A stretch of DNA of 64,000 nucleotides, from assembly GCF_028641065.1 (NCBI RefSeq), contig NC_073415.1, forward strand, positions 8,804,001-8,868,000, read 5' to 3'. The notes under the pieces were generated by a model. The model saw only the letters and a program-made list of their open reading frames with translations, made no database searches and was not told where the DNA came from. Every line of letters begins with the position of its first letter. Within the stretch, counting starts at the first letter, position 1. Shown in pieces: positions 19,551 to 32,180 of this stretch. The stretch comes from Leucoraja erinacea (lineage: Eukaryota). The position numbers were made by a program, and so were the translations under genes.

Positions 19551-20838
19551 TGGGCAGCGGCGGTCTAGGTACGCGATCTCCCTGATGCTTCTAACGCACA
19601 ACGTGACGATGGGCTGTGCCGCCACCTCCACGCAGGAGCCGAGTGGACATTAGAAGCAAATGGATACATTTGGACTGGAGAGAAGATGGAGGGCAAGATA
19701 TCTCCGGGAGGGCGTGCATTCCTCTCATCAGTCTTTCTTCTTCACCCAGTTGTGTGCCTTTGGCCAATGGGATGATGAGATTAGAACAGAATGGTATATG
19801 CGGTCATTTATTTTTTGTATCTTTTCCTCTTTCCTCGCCCTGCCTCATTCCCTCTCTCTGTCCCTCTTTCCTTCTCGTCCTCCTTCGCTTGGCTTATCCA
19901 GTATTCTTTCTCTACACATCATTAATCTGTATTGACCATATTTATATGTTATGGTTTTGTATGAATCTCCCTGAGACGGTTACAATTTCCTGCTGTCATT
20001 CCTACAACTGGGACCAGAGTTTAAAGTTGAAGCTGTGTATTGAAATGTTTTCGAAGCAAAAAAAAAAGTAGGATGCTTGCCTAATGTTTAAGGATACAGC
20101 TTTGTCGTCTGTGGAAAGTGAATACCTCCTTCCCTCCCACACACGCCAATACTAATATTAGTGCCTTGAATCTGGCAATGTATGCGTAAATGGTACAGTG
20201 AAGGTGCCGATTGTCAGTCACTCCATCGTCTCACTGCTGTTTGATCAGCTTCTAGTTTACTGCAATTCAACACACACATGAGTTATTTAAAATTTAAATA
20301 TTTGTGTCAGTAGCTCAATGCAGTTTTGCTCCTGTTATTTGCTGAGGGTCTGGCAGCATCTCTGGAGAAATGGAATTGAACTGAAGAACTGATCCAACTT
20401 GAAACCGTTTTTCCAGAGATGCTGCCTGACCTGATGAATTGCACCTATATTTTGTGTCTATCTTTGGTATAAACCAGCATCTGCAGTTCTTTCCCACACA
20501 TTGTAGAGGTTCCGTTATTTTTGTAAGTTGGAGGACATGGCTGGATTTTTAAACATTGGGGATTACATTTTGCGCATGTTATTTTATGAATCACTTAAAA
20601 GGGTCAAGAATAAACATGGATCCATTTTGTTATCAGTGTGTGTAATTCCTTTATTTGAGAACCCTGAAACTGAAATTAGTCTCTGCCTTATACCCAAGTC
20701 ATTGTTCGGTGAAGAAGTAACTAGTGTGGTGTCAGCATCTGCTCTGTCCACGTGTCCCACTGGATCCTAATTATGGTATTTGAACTGTTGCCCGGGCCAA
20801 ACTGTAGAATAAATAGTGAAAGTGAGCAACTAAATATT

Positions 20839-20965
20839 TTAGTCTGAAGAAGGGTTTTGGCCTGAAACGTTGCCTATTTTTTCGCTCCATAGACACTGCT
20901 GCACCCGCTGAGTTTCTCCAGCACTTTTGTCTACATTCGATTTTCCAACATCTGCAGTTCCTTCT
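20839..20965 (+). mobile_element. Penelope-derived family B solo unit with 16-bp TSD
   Basis: Flanked by TGAGCAACTAAATATT at 20823-20838 and 20966-20981. Confidence 0.85.
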
Positions 20966-21049
20966 TGAGCAACTAAATATTGTTCGCCTTAGCAGGTTTA
21001 TTGATCTGCTCATACTTCCTTTGGGTCAATGATACTTGGGGACTGTGAC

Positions 21050-21960
21050 TCCGGGCCGGCAGGGGGCGTTGCGACTCCGGATGAGCAGCGAACCCGATAC
21101 CCTCGGGGCGGCGCTGTGGCTCCAGGCTGAGACTGGCGGCGCTGGACCGGGATGCCGGGCAGGTACTGCCATTCCGAGCCGGTTGCGGCGCTGCACCGGG
21201 AGGCCGGACTGGAGGCACTGCCGCTCCGGGCCGCTGGCGGCGCTGTACCTGGAGGTTGGACTGGCGGCTCCGGGCCGCTGGCGGCGCTGTACCTGGAGGC
21301 GCTGCCGCTCCGGGCCGCTGGCGGCGCTGTACCTGGAGGCTGGACTAGCGGCTCCGGGCCGCTGGCGGCGCTGTACCGGGAGGCCGGACTGGAGGCGCTG
21401 CCGCTCCGGGCCGCTGGCGGCGCTGTACCGGGAGGCCGGACTGGAGGCTGGACTGGCGGCTCCGGGCCGCTGGCGGCGCTGTACCTGGAGGCCGGACTGG
21501 AGGCGCTGCCGCTCCGGGCCGCTGGCGGCGCTGTACCTGGAGGCCACGGCGCCGGCAGTCGGGCCGAGCTCCGGAAGGCGGATGTTGTCGTTCACTTTGT
21601 GTCTCCGGCTGAAGATGGCCGCGGTGTTGGGCGAGAAGGCGGCGCTGAACTCGCTGCCCGAGAACGTGCTGGTGGAGATCCTGTCCTACCTCTCCACCCG
21701 GGACCTGCTGCGCATCAGCGGGTAGGCGGCCGGTGGGGGTCGGGGCCCGAGGAGCGGGGACTGGGGGGGACGGGGGGGGGGGAGGGGGGGAGGCAGTTGT
21801 CAGTCCTGCGGAAGGGGCGGTGGGAGGAGACGGGCCCGGCCCGGGGGGGGGGGGGGGGGGCGCTGTCGGAGCAGGAGGATAGAGGGCAGGGATGTGGCTG
21901 AGGGGGGGGGGGGAGAGACCCCAGCCTCAGGCCCAAGGCCGCGGTGCCAAAGTGACAAGC
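21050..21960 (+). promoter_or_regulatory. CpG island / promoter of FBXL12
   Basis: High CpG density; ETS-like CCGGAAG at about 21571; poly-G runs in intron 1. Confidence 0.75.
21170..21545. repeat. GC-rich minisatellite upstream of the FBXL12 ATG (core ccgggccgctggcggcgctgtacc x7 with variable spacers)
   Basis: Tandem array inside the FBXL12 CpG island, seen directly. Confidence 0.92.
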
Positions 21961-24900
21961 CTGGAGGGAGGGGAGAGGGGCAAACCCAGCCAGCAAGCAC
22001 CGTGGCTGAGGCCTCTTGTGTCAGACGTGGAGGGAGATGCGGAGGGGTGTAGAAAGACACGAGTAAAATGATTGATTTGGATCATAGAAACATAGACAGT
22101 AGGTGCAGTAGTAGAGGCCATTCGGCCCTTCGAGCCTGCACCGCCATTTAATATGATCATAGCTGATCATCCAACTCAGTATCCTGTACCTGCCTTCTCT
22201 CCATACTCCCTGATCCCTTTAGCCACAAGGGCCACATCTAACTCCCTCTTAAATATAGCCAATGAACTGTGGCCTCAACTACCTTCTGTGGCAGAGAGTT
22301 CCACAGGAGGATCTCAGGAGGATGGTGGAGATGGTCTTGTTCCAGACCACTGGGAGACAGGGGAAAACATTACCAGCCTGCAGAGGTGGGGAGGGGTGGG
22401 CATGGATTAATAGTTATAGAGCATAGATACCAGTACATCTGAAGAAGGGCCTCGACCCAAAATGTCACCCATTCCTTCTCTCCAGAAATGCTGCCTGTCC
22501 CGCTGAGTTACTCCAGCTTTTTGTGTCCATTACCATTAAATCTCATCTATGTTGATCAAACTGCACAAAAGTGGCACTAAAAGCAATAAACTGGGATTTT
22601 AATTTCAAAGCAGCCTGGGAATATGGCCAATTGTTCTGACGAGACAGTCGCATGTCCAAGAAACCCCTTGTTAAAGAAAATTGAGTTATACAAACGATTT
22701 TCTCAATGAGGAAATGGAAATCGAGGCTGGAGAGATTCAGATTGGCAAAAGCAAAGTTATTTTTGCCCTGTAGGATTTAAAAAAATAAATGTTCTTTTAA
22801 TAATTATGTTTATTTTTGTTACTGCTGCAATCTATAAATACCAAAGGCTGCATGTAATAGATTTTAATAGCATATCATTGCACAACTGTGAATAGAAGCG
22901 ATTGTTTGTCAATTTCAATGTCTACCTGTGGTGAAACATACTGACTATGTTGTTACAATGTTGCCTGATCACTGCATGGAGGTTACATGGAAACAGTGTT
23001 TATCCAACACTATTTTTTCTACTTGTCAACATTTAGTGGTTCTCTATTTTGCAGTCGAAATCATGTTGTAGCTTTTAACCCGCAAAATAAAAATGGTGTT
23101 CCCTAATTCATCAATCACATTATATTGAATTTGTGTTAATGAAACTTGTTTTATATCAGAACGACCTGTACTTTGTGTTTTCAGAGTCTGCAAGAGGTGG
23201 AGAAGATTAGCTTATGACAAAGGTCTCTGGAAAGATGTCAATTTAACCCCATACAAGGTAAGGAGCAATTCTGGTGCTTATTTCTGTAAGATTTCAAATT
23301 TGAAATGTTGTCCATGAGTTCCTCACCTTGAAAGAAACAATTTGTCAGTTTACGAATGATTTGGTGGTGAAATGAAGGTATCACGTTTGTTTTAAAAATC
23401 AGTATAAGCTTCCAGGTTAGGGTTATTTTTCAACAGGCCATCGTCATCAATAATGAAGAGACCGTGACATTTTAGATTTTAGTCTGAAGAAGGGTTTTGG
23501 CCCGAAACGTTGCCTATTTCCTTCGCTCCATAGATGCTGCTGCACCCGCTTAGTTTCTCCAGCTTTTTTGTATACCTGTGACATTTTAGATGTCAGGTTT
23601 TTCCTGAATGAAGAACTACCACCTGATCAGAGGAGATGTTTTCTCCATCTTGGCCCTGGTGCAGATGGCACTTAGATACGCATGGGTGACACAGCATGTA
23701 GCAACTGAGAAAGTTTCCCAGCTGAAAAATCCCTGTAGCATGTGTTGGTGTGTTTTTTTTGTTCAGAATATCTCTTGCCCAAATTGATTCCATCACACAG
23801 AATCTATCTACTCTTCATGCTGCCCTGAAAATGCAGCCATGGTAATCAAAGACCTTTCTGACCCCGGTCATTCCTCCAACTCCCGCCTGGCAGAAACCTG
23901 AAAAAGTGTTCCACCAGCAGACTCGGGAACAACTTCTTGCCCTTTGTTATTAGGCTTCTGAACAGTTCTTCCGTAAGCTAGGCTACTGTCTGATTCACAA
24001 CTGCCCCATTCAGGACTTTGGTCTTTATGGAACTGATGTACTACAATTTTACTACTGCAATGTTTAAGAAAGATTTAGACCATGGATAGGATAGGACAGG
24101 TTTAGATGGATATGGGCCAAACGCAGGCAGGTCGGACTAGTGTGGATGGGACATGTTGGCCAGTGTGGGCAAGTTGGGCCCAAGGGCCTGTTTCCTCACT
24201 GTAAGACTCTCTGACTCTAATGTTGAGAACTATTCTGCACTCTTTACCTTCCCCTTTGCTCTACTTATTGTACTTTAAACTGATTGTATCTATGTTAGTG
24301 TATCTGAACTGTTTGGATAGGATGCAAAGCAAGGGTTTTCACTGTATTCTGGTACATGTGACAGTCATAAACCTGAACCTTGTGGTTTGACTCTGCCCTA
24401 CAGGTGAACTCGCGGATTCTCTGGCACCTGGTCAGACATTACCTGGGTGGGACTCTGCGAACCCTGAGAGTGAAGGGCGTCCTCCATTCGGTCAAGAAGC
24501 ACGAGTCGCTGACAGAAGCCTTGCTGTTGGAGATTGGGAAACGCTGCCCGAACCTGTCTGAGCTGCGGCTCATTGAGATGAACCTGCGGGGCATCAACTA
24601 TGAATGCCTGCCACCTTCCTTGCTCAGCCTGGAGCTGACACACTGCGAGATTCCCCTGCACTGGTTCAGAGCGGCGGCAGCCACAGCCAACGGGACCCGC
24701 ATGCCTCCCCAAATCAAGAACCTGGAGGTGGACAATGTCCCCAACTTCTCAGACCAGCACTTGCAGAACGTGGCGTCGCGGACGGCGCTGAAGGTGCTGA
24801 TCCTGTCGGGCACGTACCGGGTCACCGACTCCGGCATCGAGAAGTCCGCCCAGTGTCTGTCCGAGGTGGTTCACCTGAAGCTCCACGGCTGCAACATCTC

Positions 24901-25219
24901 AGACGAGTCGCTGCGCCATATCTCCCAGCACCTGACGCAGCTCCGCACTTTGGACCTCACGAACTTCTGCTCCATGACGGACGCGGGCCTGGCCTGTCTC
25001 GGCGACCTGCGCTCGCTCCAGGCCCTCTGCTTCGAGTACTGCGACCAGATTACGGTGGAGAAGCTCCTGGCCGTGTGCACCGGGCTGCCGTCCCTGGCCA
25101 AGCTCAACCTGAACGGGAACCCCTACTCCGATGGAGACCTGCAGAAAATCCGGCAGAGCTTGCCCAACTGCACCGTCACCAACGATTTCCCTGCCATGGA
25201 CTCCATGCTCAAGTTTTAA
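21615..25219 (+). CDS. FBXL12: F-box/LRR-repeat protein 12 (331 aa)
   Basis: Exons 21615-21721, 23185-23257, 24404-25219 total 996 nt. They encode the F-box LNSLPENVLVEILSYL..RDLLRISGVCKRWRRL..DKGLWKDVNLTPY followed by Cys-containing LRRs including LILSGTYRVTDSG. The 3-exon structure and neighbourhood fit FBXL12. Confidence 0.88.
22084..22305 (-). mobile_element. CR1-type LINE 3' end
   Basis: Nearly identical to the 3' part of the 11993-12410 copy. Confidence 0.85.
23478..23577 (+). mobile_element. Penelope-derived family B solo unit with 14-bp TSD, in FBXL12 intron 2
   Basis: GTGACATTTTAGAT at 23464-23477 and 23578-23591; hammerhead-like core starts at 23484. Confidence 0.85.
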
Positions 25220-25854
25220 ACCATTGGGTTGTTCTCACCCTGGTGGTGCTCTGCCTTTTGGCCAGGAGAATTAGGAGCTGGCCGACTGCACCAAGTAACC
25301 CGGGCTCTTAGTTCCCCGAGGCTTGCATGGATTATTGTGCAGTTGGTCAAGTCCCCAACAGCGTTGTGTTTGAATTGACGAGCTGGCTGCCGCAGCCCAC
25401 GTCTTCTCGTACAGTGAACACCTCGTGGTATCTGTGGCATGGCGGAGAGCGAGCACCCTGCTGTTCAAAAGCGAACGGGGTGAGGGGCCTGTTTGGAGTA
25501 TGTTGAGATGAGCCAGGCGCGGACTGCCGAATGGGAAGCAATGTTTCGTTGCTGGCCTCAGGCAGACGGCATCCAACGTTTAGTGATGCTCTGTCTTTGG
25601 ATTGTGTGCCATTTATTTTTGCGTTGGTAGGACTGTGGAAATATGTACAGAGATGCAAGGAGGGAATGCATTGAGGTGCAAATTGTCTGGAAATACACAG
25701 CAAGTGCACAAACCTTCGACTGCTGTGCTGGGTAGTGGAGTGTGGCTAACCAACTGGTTTGCTGGATGCTGACAGCTTACGAAGAATATTTAACTCGTTC
25801 AGTAACGTCACACTGTTCGGCTAGGGTAATTTTATTTCGGAGCTTTGTTTTGAA

Positions 25855-25860
25855 AATAAA
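25855..25860 (+). terminator. Probable FBXL12 polyadenylation signal
   Basis: AATAAA 636 nt after the stop, followed by U-rich sequence. Confidence 0.6.
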
Positions 25861-27145
25861 GTTTATAATTTGTAACAATTTACATATCTCTCTATTTCCT
25901 GGTAGCTGATCTCTCCCCCTTGACCCAACTCATGGGCCAACTGCGAGAAGGGTATCAGTAGTGATTCTTCACATTGAGGGTGAGATGGTTTGTTGCAGGG
26001 AGAGATTGAAGCAAAGGCAATGACATGTTTTAAGAACAAGTTGTGTATTTAAATCGGAGAGAGAGCAGGTTGGGGTTTGCTCGGCATCAGTGTGATGAGT
26101 TAGTGTAGCCACAGTCTTTGGCTCTTTAATATCCCCTTCCCCTCTATGGCATGTCCCACAGTCATGGGGTGTTTCCATCTTCTAAATATTCCAGCTCCCT
26201 TCCCCCCTTCTGTGCCTTAGATCACCTCTGTGCTATGTGACAATTGGCTGACTTAAGGCTTGGTGTCTTGATGTTGAGAAGACAGAACTCACTGCTCTTG
26301 GTGGCCACTCACTCTGCTGTTTACACTCTGGCTCCAAACCTTTCCCTGAATCCAGCTAAATGGCTCCAGACATCCATAAATTGATACTATCAAGTGCAAG
26401 TCCTGTTTGTCCCATATGCATGTCCTCTTCGATCTAACTGCCTCCTCGTCCCCCGAGGCATTCATTGTAAAACCAAATTCCGTCATCTTCCCCCCCCCCC
26501 CCCCCCCCCCCCTTCCCCGTCTCCTAAACCGGTCACCACGTTGTGTTGAGACTACGCTGCAAGGCTCTTGTCTCTCCTCCTTTGGCATGGTCCTCTCACC
26601 ACCCAAAGCACACAAGGTGTTAACATTTCAACACACACCTCTCTCCTTGCTCATCAACCCTCTCGACCGAAACAAAAAAAAGGAAAAAAGAACAATGAAA
26701 TCCCAAAACAACTGATTACAAAGTGAATATATGAAAAGAAAAATCAATAGGAGGAACTGAGGGAAGAGATGAAAATCTGATTGAAAACATCCAGGAATCC
26801 TGCTCCTGTTTCTTGCCTCTCTGGACCACTGGGAAAAGCAGAGTCTTCATGTTTCAATTAATTTATTTAGACTGATATTTTTATATTTCTATTTACTGAC
26901 AGTATTAGGAAGGTTTCGTTTCAAAGACTTTCCAACATTTCAAACTGTTTCACGAGGCTCCTGCAATTTTGATGCAGTTTACTTTTGTGCTGGTACCTTG
27001 GTTTGTGGAGTGCTTTACAGTTATGGAGTTCCTGTGGTCGCCAGTTAGTTTCTAGAGTTGTAATCTGTCTTGATAAAAGCACCAGAGGAGAAATAAAATT
27101 TTCATTAATAACCTTTGTCCAGCCTTCATTTATGTTCACGGGCCT

Positions 27146-27725
27146 CAGATTCAGATTCAGATTCAGATTCAATTTAATTGTCATTGTCAGTGTACAGTAC
27201 AGAGACAACGAAATGCATTTAGCATCTCCTTTGAAGAGCGACATAGCAAACGATTTTGAATTAAAAAAATAAATAATAAGTGTCCGTGGGGGGGGTGATT
27301 TGGCAGTCACCGAGGTACGTTGTTTAGTAGATTGACAGCGGCCGGAAAGAAGCTGTTCCTCGACCTGCTGGTTCGGCAACGGAGAGACCTGTAGCGCCTC
27401 CCGGATGGTAGGAGGGTAAACAGTCCATGGTTGGGGTGAGAGCAGTCCTTGGCGATGCTGAGCGCCCTCCGCAGACAGCGCTTGCTTTGGACAGACTCAA
27501 TGGAGGGGAGCGTGGAACCGGTGATGCGTTGGGCAATTTTCACCACCCTCTGCAATGCCTTCCGGTCGGAGACAGAGCAGTTGCCATACCATACTGTGAT
27601 GCAGTTGGTAAGGATGCTCTCGATGGTGCAGCGGTAGAAGTTCACCAGGATTTGAGGAGACAGATGGACCTTCTTCAGTCTTCTCAGGAAGAAGAGACGC
27701 TGATGAGCCTTCTTGATCAGAGTAG
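27146..27725 (-). mobile_element. Rex1/Babar-type non-LTR retrotransposon 3' fragment (young)
   Basis: Uninterrupted ORF 27307-27645(-) FYRCTIESILTNCITVWYGNC...HPNHGLFTLLPSGRRYRSL..RTSRSRNSFFPAAVNLLN; (TGAATC)n tail. Confidence 0.85.
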
Positions 27726-28184
27726 AACTAAAAGTCCTGTTGCAGCTTCCACCAAAATGTCCATGTAGGTCAACAAAAGCCTTGTGGTCACTCTTGAGGC
27801 TAATTTGTGTTTTGTACTAAAACTGAAAAGATGGTTTCATAGTAATGTCTCTTAACAATTTCAAATCATTCAGACTCCACCCTGATGCACAATGGACAAG
27901 CTGTGTTTATTATCACAGTGAGATACAGATACAGTGAAAATAAATACTCAAAACAGCACACAAAACCATAATTTACAATCAAGTATTGTTTAGAGATACC
28001 GCTTGGAATGAAACCGAGTACATGCCATCCAGCGTTCCCCACACACTGACACTATCACACACACACACACACTTTACAATTGGCCAATTTACAATTTTAT
28101 CAAAGCCAATTACCCTACATACATGGGCAAAACCCATGCGGTCACAGGGAGAACGCATAAACTCCATACAGACAGCACCCGTAG

Positions 28185-28290
28185 TTGCGGGTTGTAAGCT
28201 ACCCATGTAAAATATGAGGTGCTGTTCCTCCAATTTGCATTTTGTAACATTCTTGACAGTGGAGGCCCAGGTCAGTATGGGAGGGGAAGC
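28185..28290 (-). mobile_element. Second Penelope-like GIY-YIG C-terminal fragment
   Basis: [18 protein letters not shown] in ORF 27979-28299(-), abutting a SINE fragment. Confidence 0.65.
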
Positions 28291-28477
28291 ATATTTCATT
28301 CTGCCTCTGATATGGTTAAATTAAGCCATTAAATTGGGCTGCTGCCAATATTTCTTTGAGTACACAGGTATATATATGTTTACTTATTCTGTTGTGTAAG
28401 AATTTCATTGTTCTATCTGGGACATATGACAATAAAACACTCTTGACTCTTGAGCTGTTGGTATGTGGTGAGCCACC

Positions 28478-29080
28478 ATAGAGTCTTACACAGTGGAAAC
28501 AGGCCCTTCCGCCCAACTTGCCCACATCGACCAACCTGTCCCATCTACAATAGTCCCACCTGCTTGCGTTTGGCCCATATCCCACTAAACCTATCCTATC
28601 CATGTTCCTGTCCAACTTTTTCTTGAATGTTGCAATCGTCCCTGCCTCAACTACCTCCTCTGGCACCTTGTTCCATACACCCACCTTACTTTGTGTAAAA
28701 AAAAGTTACCCCTCAGATTTCTATTAAATTTTTTCCACTTCACATTACACCTATATTATCTGGTCCTCGATTCCCCTACTCTGGGCAAGAGACTCTATGC
28801 ATCTACCCAATCTATTCCTCTCATGATTTTATATACACCTCGACAAGATCATCCTTCATCCAAGGAATAGAGTCGCAGGCTACTTAACCTCTCCCTGTAA
28901 ATAAGACTGTCGAGTCTTGGCAATGACCTTGGAAATCTTTTCTGTACCCTTTCCAGCTTGACAACGTGATGCCCGAACTTGAACACAATACTTCAAAATC
29001 TTCAAAAAACTCGATCAGATTCGTGAGACATGAACTCCCACGTACAAAGAAAGCCATGATCGTCCCCAATCAGCCCTTTT
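28478..29080 (-). mobile_element. CR1-type LINE fragments
   Basis: GVWNKVPEEVVEAGTIATFKKKLDR and SSCLTNLIEFFED (CR1 RT motif) on the minus strand. Confidence 0.8.
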
Positions 29081-29084
29081 CCAT

Positions 29085-29362
29085 CTAGTTTTTCAGTTTA
29101 GATATACAGCGCAGAATCAGGCCCTTTGGCCCACTGAATCTGCACCGACCTGCGATTACTGCACACACTCTCAAAACAATTTTCAATTTTACCAAAGCAA
29201 ACCAGCATACATACCTGCACGTCTTTGGAGTGTGGGAGGAAACCGAGACGACCGGAGAAAATCCACGCAGATAACGGGGGGAACGTACAAGCTGAATACA
29301 GACAGCAGCCGTTGTCAGAATCGAACCTGGGTCTCTGGCGCTGCAAGGCAGCAACTCTACCT
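29085..29362 (-). mobile_element. HE1-like V-SINE
   Basis: Full reverse-complement copy with head, V-domain and tail. Confidence 0.8.
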
Positions 29363-29960
29363 CTATTCAGAAGTTGTAGGAGCAGAATTAGGCCAGTCGG
29401 TCCATCGAGGCCATTGCACCATTCAATTATGACTGATCTTTGCCTCCTAATCCCATTTTCCTGCCTCTCCATAACCCTTGACACCTGTTCTAATCACAAA
29501 TTCTCTGGATGCTTTCAAGAGAGAGCTAGATAGGGCTCTTAAAAATAGCGGAGTCGGGATATGGGGAGAAGGCAGGAACAGGATACTGATTGGGAATGAT
29601 CAGCCATGATCACATTGAATGGCGGTGCTGGCTTGAAGGGCCGAATGGCCTACTCCTGCACCTATTGTCTATTGAATTTGTCTATCTCTGCCTTAAACCA
29701 TCCACTGCCTTGGCCTCCGCAGCCCTGTGTGTGGCAATGAGTTCAACAGATTAACCTCCCTCTGACTAAAGACTGATTTTCATAAATACATGCATGCATA
29801 CTTCCTAACTTTGTCAATGCCCTTTATGGGCAACTATTTGCATACCTTGGATATGCAAGCAAATAATTTCACTGTCCCTGTGTTTAAAATCGTAATTAAT
29901 TAATTGGTTGATTGATTGATTCATGTAACCTCAGACACCAGTCAGCGCCCTCTCTTCTCT

Positions 29961-30376
29961 TCCCAGTCTGAAGAAGGGTTTCGGCCCGAAACGTCGCCTA
30001 TTTCCTTCGCTCCATAGATGCTGTGGACCTCTCATGAAGGACCTCTTCCACCCCTGCAACCGCTGGGTCAGGCAAACGCCTCCGTTGCCATGCAGTGAGA
30101 ACGGAGAGGTTGAGAAGGAGTTTCTTCCCAGAGGCAATTCGGACTGTAAACGCCTTTCTCACCAGGGACTAACTGTACAGAACGTTTTTCCTTCTATTAT
30201 TTATTACGTAAAATAATATGTGTGTTATGATTGTGTTTATAATTTGTTTGGTTGTTTTGTTTGTTCCGTGAGCATTGCCACTTTCATTTCACTGCACATC
30301 TCGTATGTGTATGTGACAAATAAACTTGACTTGACTTGCTGCTGCACCCGCTGAGTTTCTCCAGCAATTTTGTGTA
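29961..30376 (+). mobile_element. Penelope-derived family B unit (13-bp TSD) split by a nested LINE 3' end (~30024-30338)
   Basis: CCCTCTCTTCTCT at 29948-29960 and 30377-30389. The unit breaks at tccatagatgctg and resumes at gctgctgcacccgc. The nested insert ends aataaacttgacttgactt. Confidence 0.8.
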
Positions 30377-30399
30377 CCCTCTCTTCTCTGCTGTTCCTC

Positions 30400-30960
30400 C
30401 GAGGCCACGGGTGGCGCTGTCGGGGGGGGACCTCGGTGAAGGGGCCGCTCCTCACAGTTGGTGACGATTGTTGGGGAACGGCCGCCGCCGCCGCCGCCGC
30501 TTTAATCCCGCGTCCGTCCACACAGCGCGTCAACCATGGCCTAAAGAGGCCGTTTTATAAACTCGACGACGCCTGCTGGCTAGCGCGAGTGCGGGAAGAG
30601 ATGTAGGCTGAGGTGAGCGTTCATTTAAAGCGCGGCGTTGGCGTTGGCGCTGGCGGCGGCTCGGCCCGACGGTACAGTATAGGGGCGGGACCGGCGGCCA
30701 TTGGCTGCTGACGTCCCGCCCCCTCAGCCTCCCGTGATTGGTGTGTGTGTGTGTGGACCCGTCCTGTGATTGGCTTGCGGGACGTCAATCATCCGAATAT
30801 CTGCCCCGCGATTGGTCAGTGAGGGGGTCGATCAGCCCCCTTATCCAATCTGCCCTGTGATTGGTCCGTGCGGTGTCGATGGCCCGCCCCGCAGCGGGCA
30901 CGGGGTCAGCCTGGGGGCTGTGACCTTTGGCGCTGCGGACGCGGCAGGACAGGGCCGGAC
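30400..30960 (+). promoter_or_regulatory. CpG-island promoter of ATG4D with a candidate non-coding first exon
   Basis: TATAAA at 30556-30561, donor GAG|GTGAGC at 30612/30613, GC boxes, CRE-like TGACGT and about 6 CCAAT/ATTGG boxes at 30700-30865. Confidence 0.7.
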
Positions 30961-31974
30961 ACAGAGTGTGCATCTTGTCCTCCTCCCCTTGGTCTCTACA
31001 TCTACCAACCTTCTACCTCCTCCAATCCCTCAACTTCCTCCCAACCCTCTACCTTCTCCCATGCTTCTTCCTCCTTGCCTCTGCCTCCTGCCATCCCTCT
31101 CACTCTTAAATGCTAATGGAGCGCCCAGGAGTGGCGTAGTTTGTAGCAGGCCGGCCGAGTTAGTTCATGATGCCCACGGGGTTATTGCAGCTACATGTCC
31201 CAGCGGCAGATTTGGGTGCATTCACAACCTCTCTCACTTTCACGGGGACATCCCGAAACATTTGTAGCTGTTCACCACTCGATTCGACCGTGAGTTGTTT
31301 TTTTTTTTACCTTGATCGCTATATGGAAGTTTCTTCACGCAGCCACATTTCTTCACAACAGGTGAAATTGTAATTGCGGTGTGTGTAAAAGAGTTGCCGC
31401 TACACAGCCGTGATTGAGTGGTGGAGTAGACTTGATGGGTCGGATGGCCTAATTCTGCTCAAAGAACTTATCAGCTTGTTAAACGATCGATCAATAAATG
31501 TGAATATTTATTACATTACTCTTTGGGTGGGAGAGTATATTTCGTTTGATTCTTAAGGCTGTAATTTTGATTCAATTTGTATATAATTCAATTTGTAAAA
31601 GGCCAACAGCCATACGGATGAGAATTCAGCAGAGTTGGTGGTGAATGCTACTGAAAGCCTTTTAATTGTAAGGGAATGAATTGTAAGGGAACTGTATCCC
31701 AATTGAGGATAATTATAAGAATAGGAAATGGCCTACAAGTTAGGCTTTACTAATGGAGAGGGGGAGAAATCGGACTCGATTTTACAAATAAATAAATTGC
31801 AACACAAGTAATTAGTTCTGGAGGTTATGTTTCTAGTTTAGGATGCATTGGTTGTTCACCATGTGGTCTCTGGATTAGAGAAACCAAATGGAGACTGGAT
31901 GAGCAGTTTGCAAAGTATCGGCATTGAGTTTGCAGAGGTAATCCTAAACTTCCTGTTATCTGTCACTTCAATTC

Positions 31975-32180
31975 TGCCTCTCAATCTTTCCTCATATGAC
32001 AGTCCCGCCATCCATGAGATCAATGTCGTGAACCTACGCTTCACTGCCTCGATCACAAGGATGTTTTTCCTCAAATTAGGAGACCAAAACTGTACACAAT
32101 ACTCCAGATGTGGTCTTACCAGAGCCCTATACAGCTGCAGAAGTACCTCTCTACTTCTATACTGAAATCCTCTTGTTATT
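31975..32180 (-). mobile_element. CR1-type LINE ORF2 fragment
   Basis: ITRGFQYRSREVLLQLYRALVRPHLEYCVQFWSPNLRK on the minus strand. Confidence 0.85.

Noticed and set aside
21026-21901. 189-249 aa repeat ORFs in other frames, and a superficially CRISPR-like repeat/spacer look
   Set aside because: Eukaryotic minisatellite; the spacers are variants of each other and there are no cas genes.
24398-25311. Long overlapping ORFs (235 aa on +, several on -) over FBXL12 exon 3
   Set aside because: Shadow frames of a GC3-rich coding exon.
30770-31267. 165-aa ORF downstream of the ATG4D CpG island
   Set aside because: Non-ATG start, low-complexity pyrimidine tract and no homology recognised.
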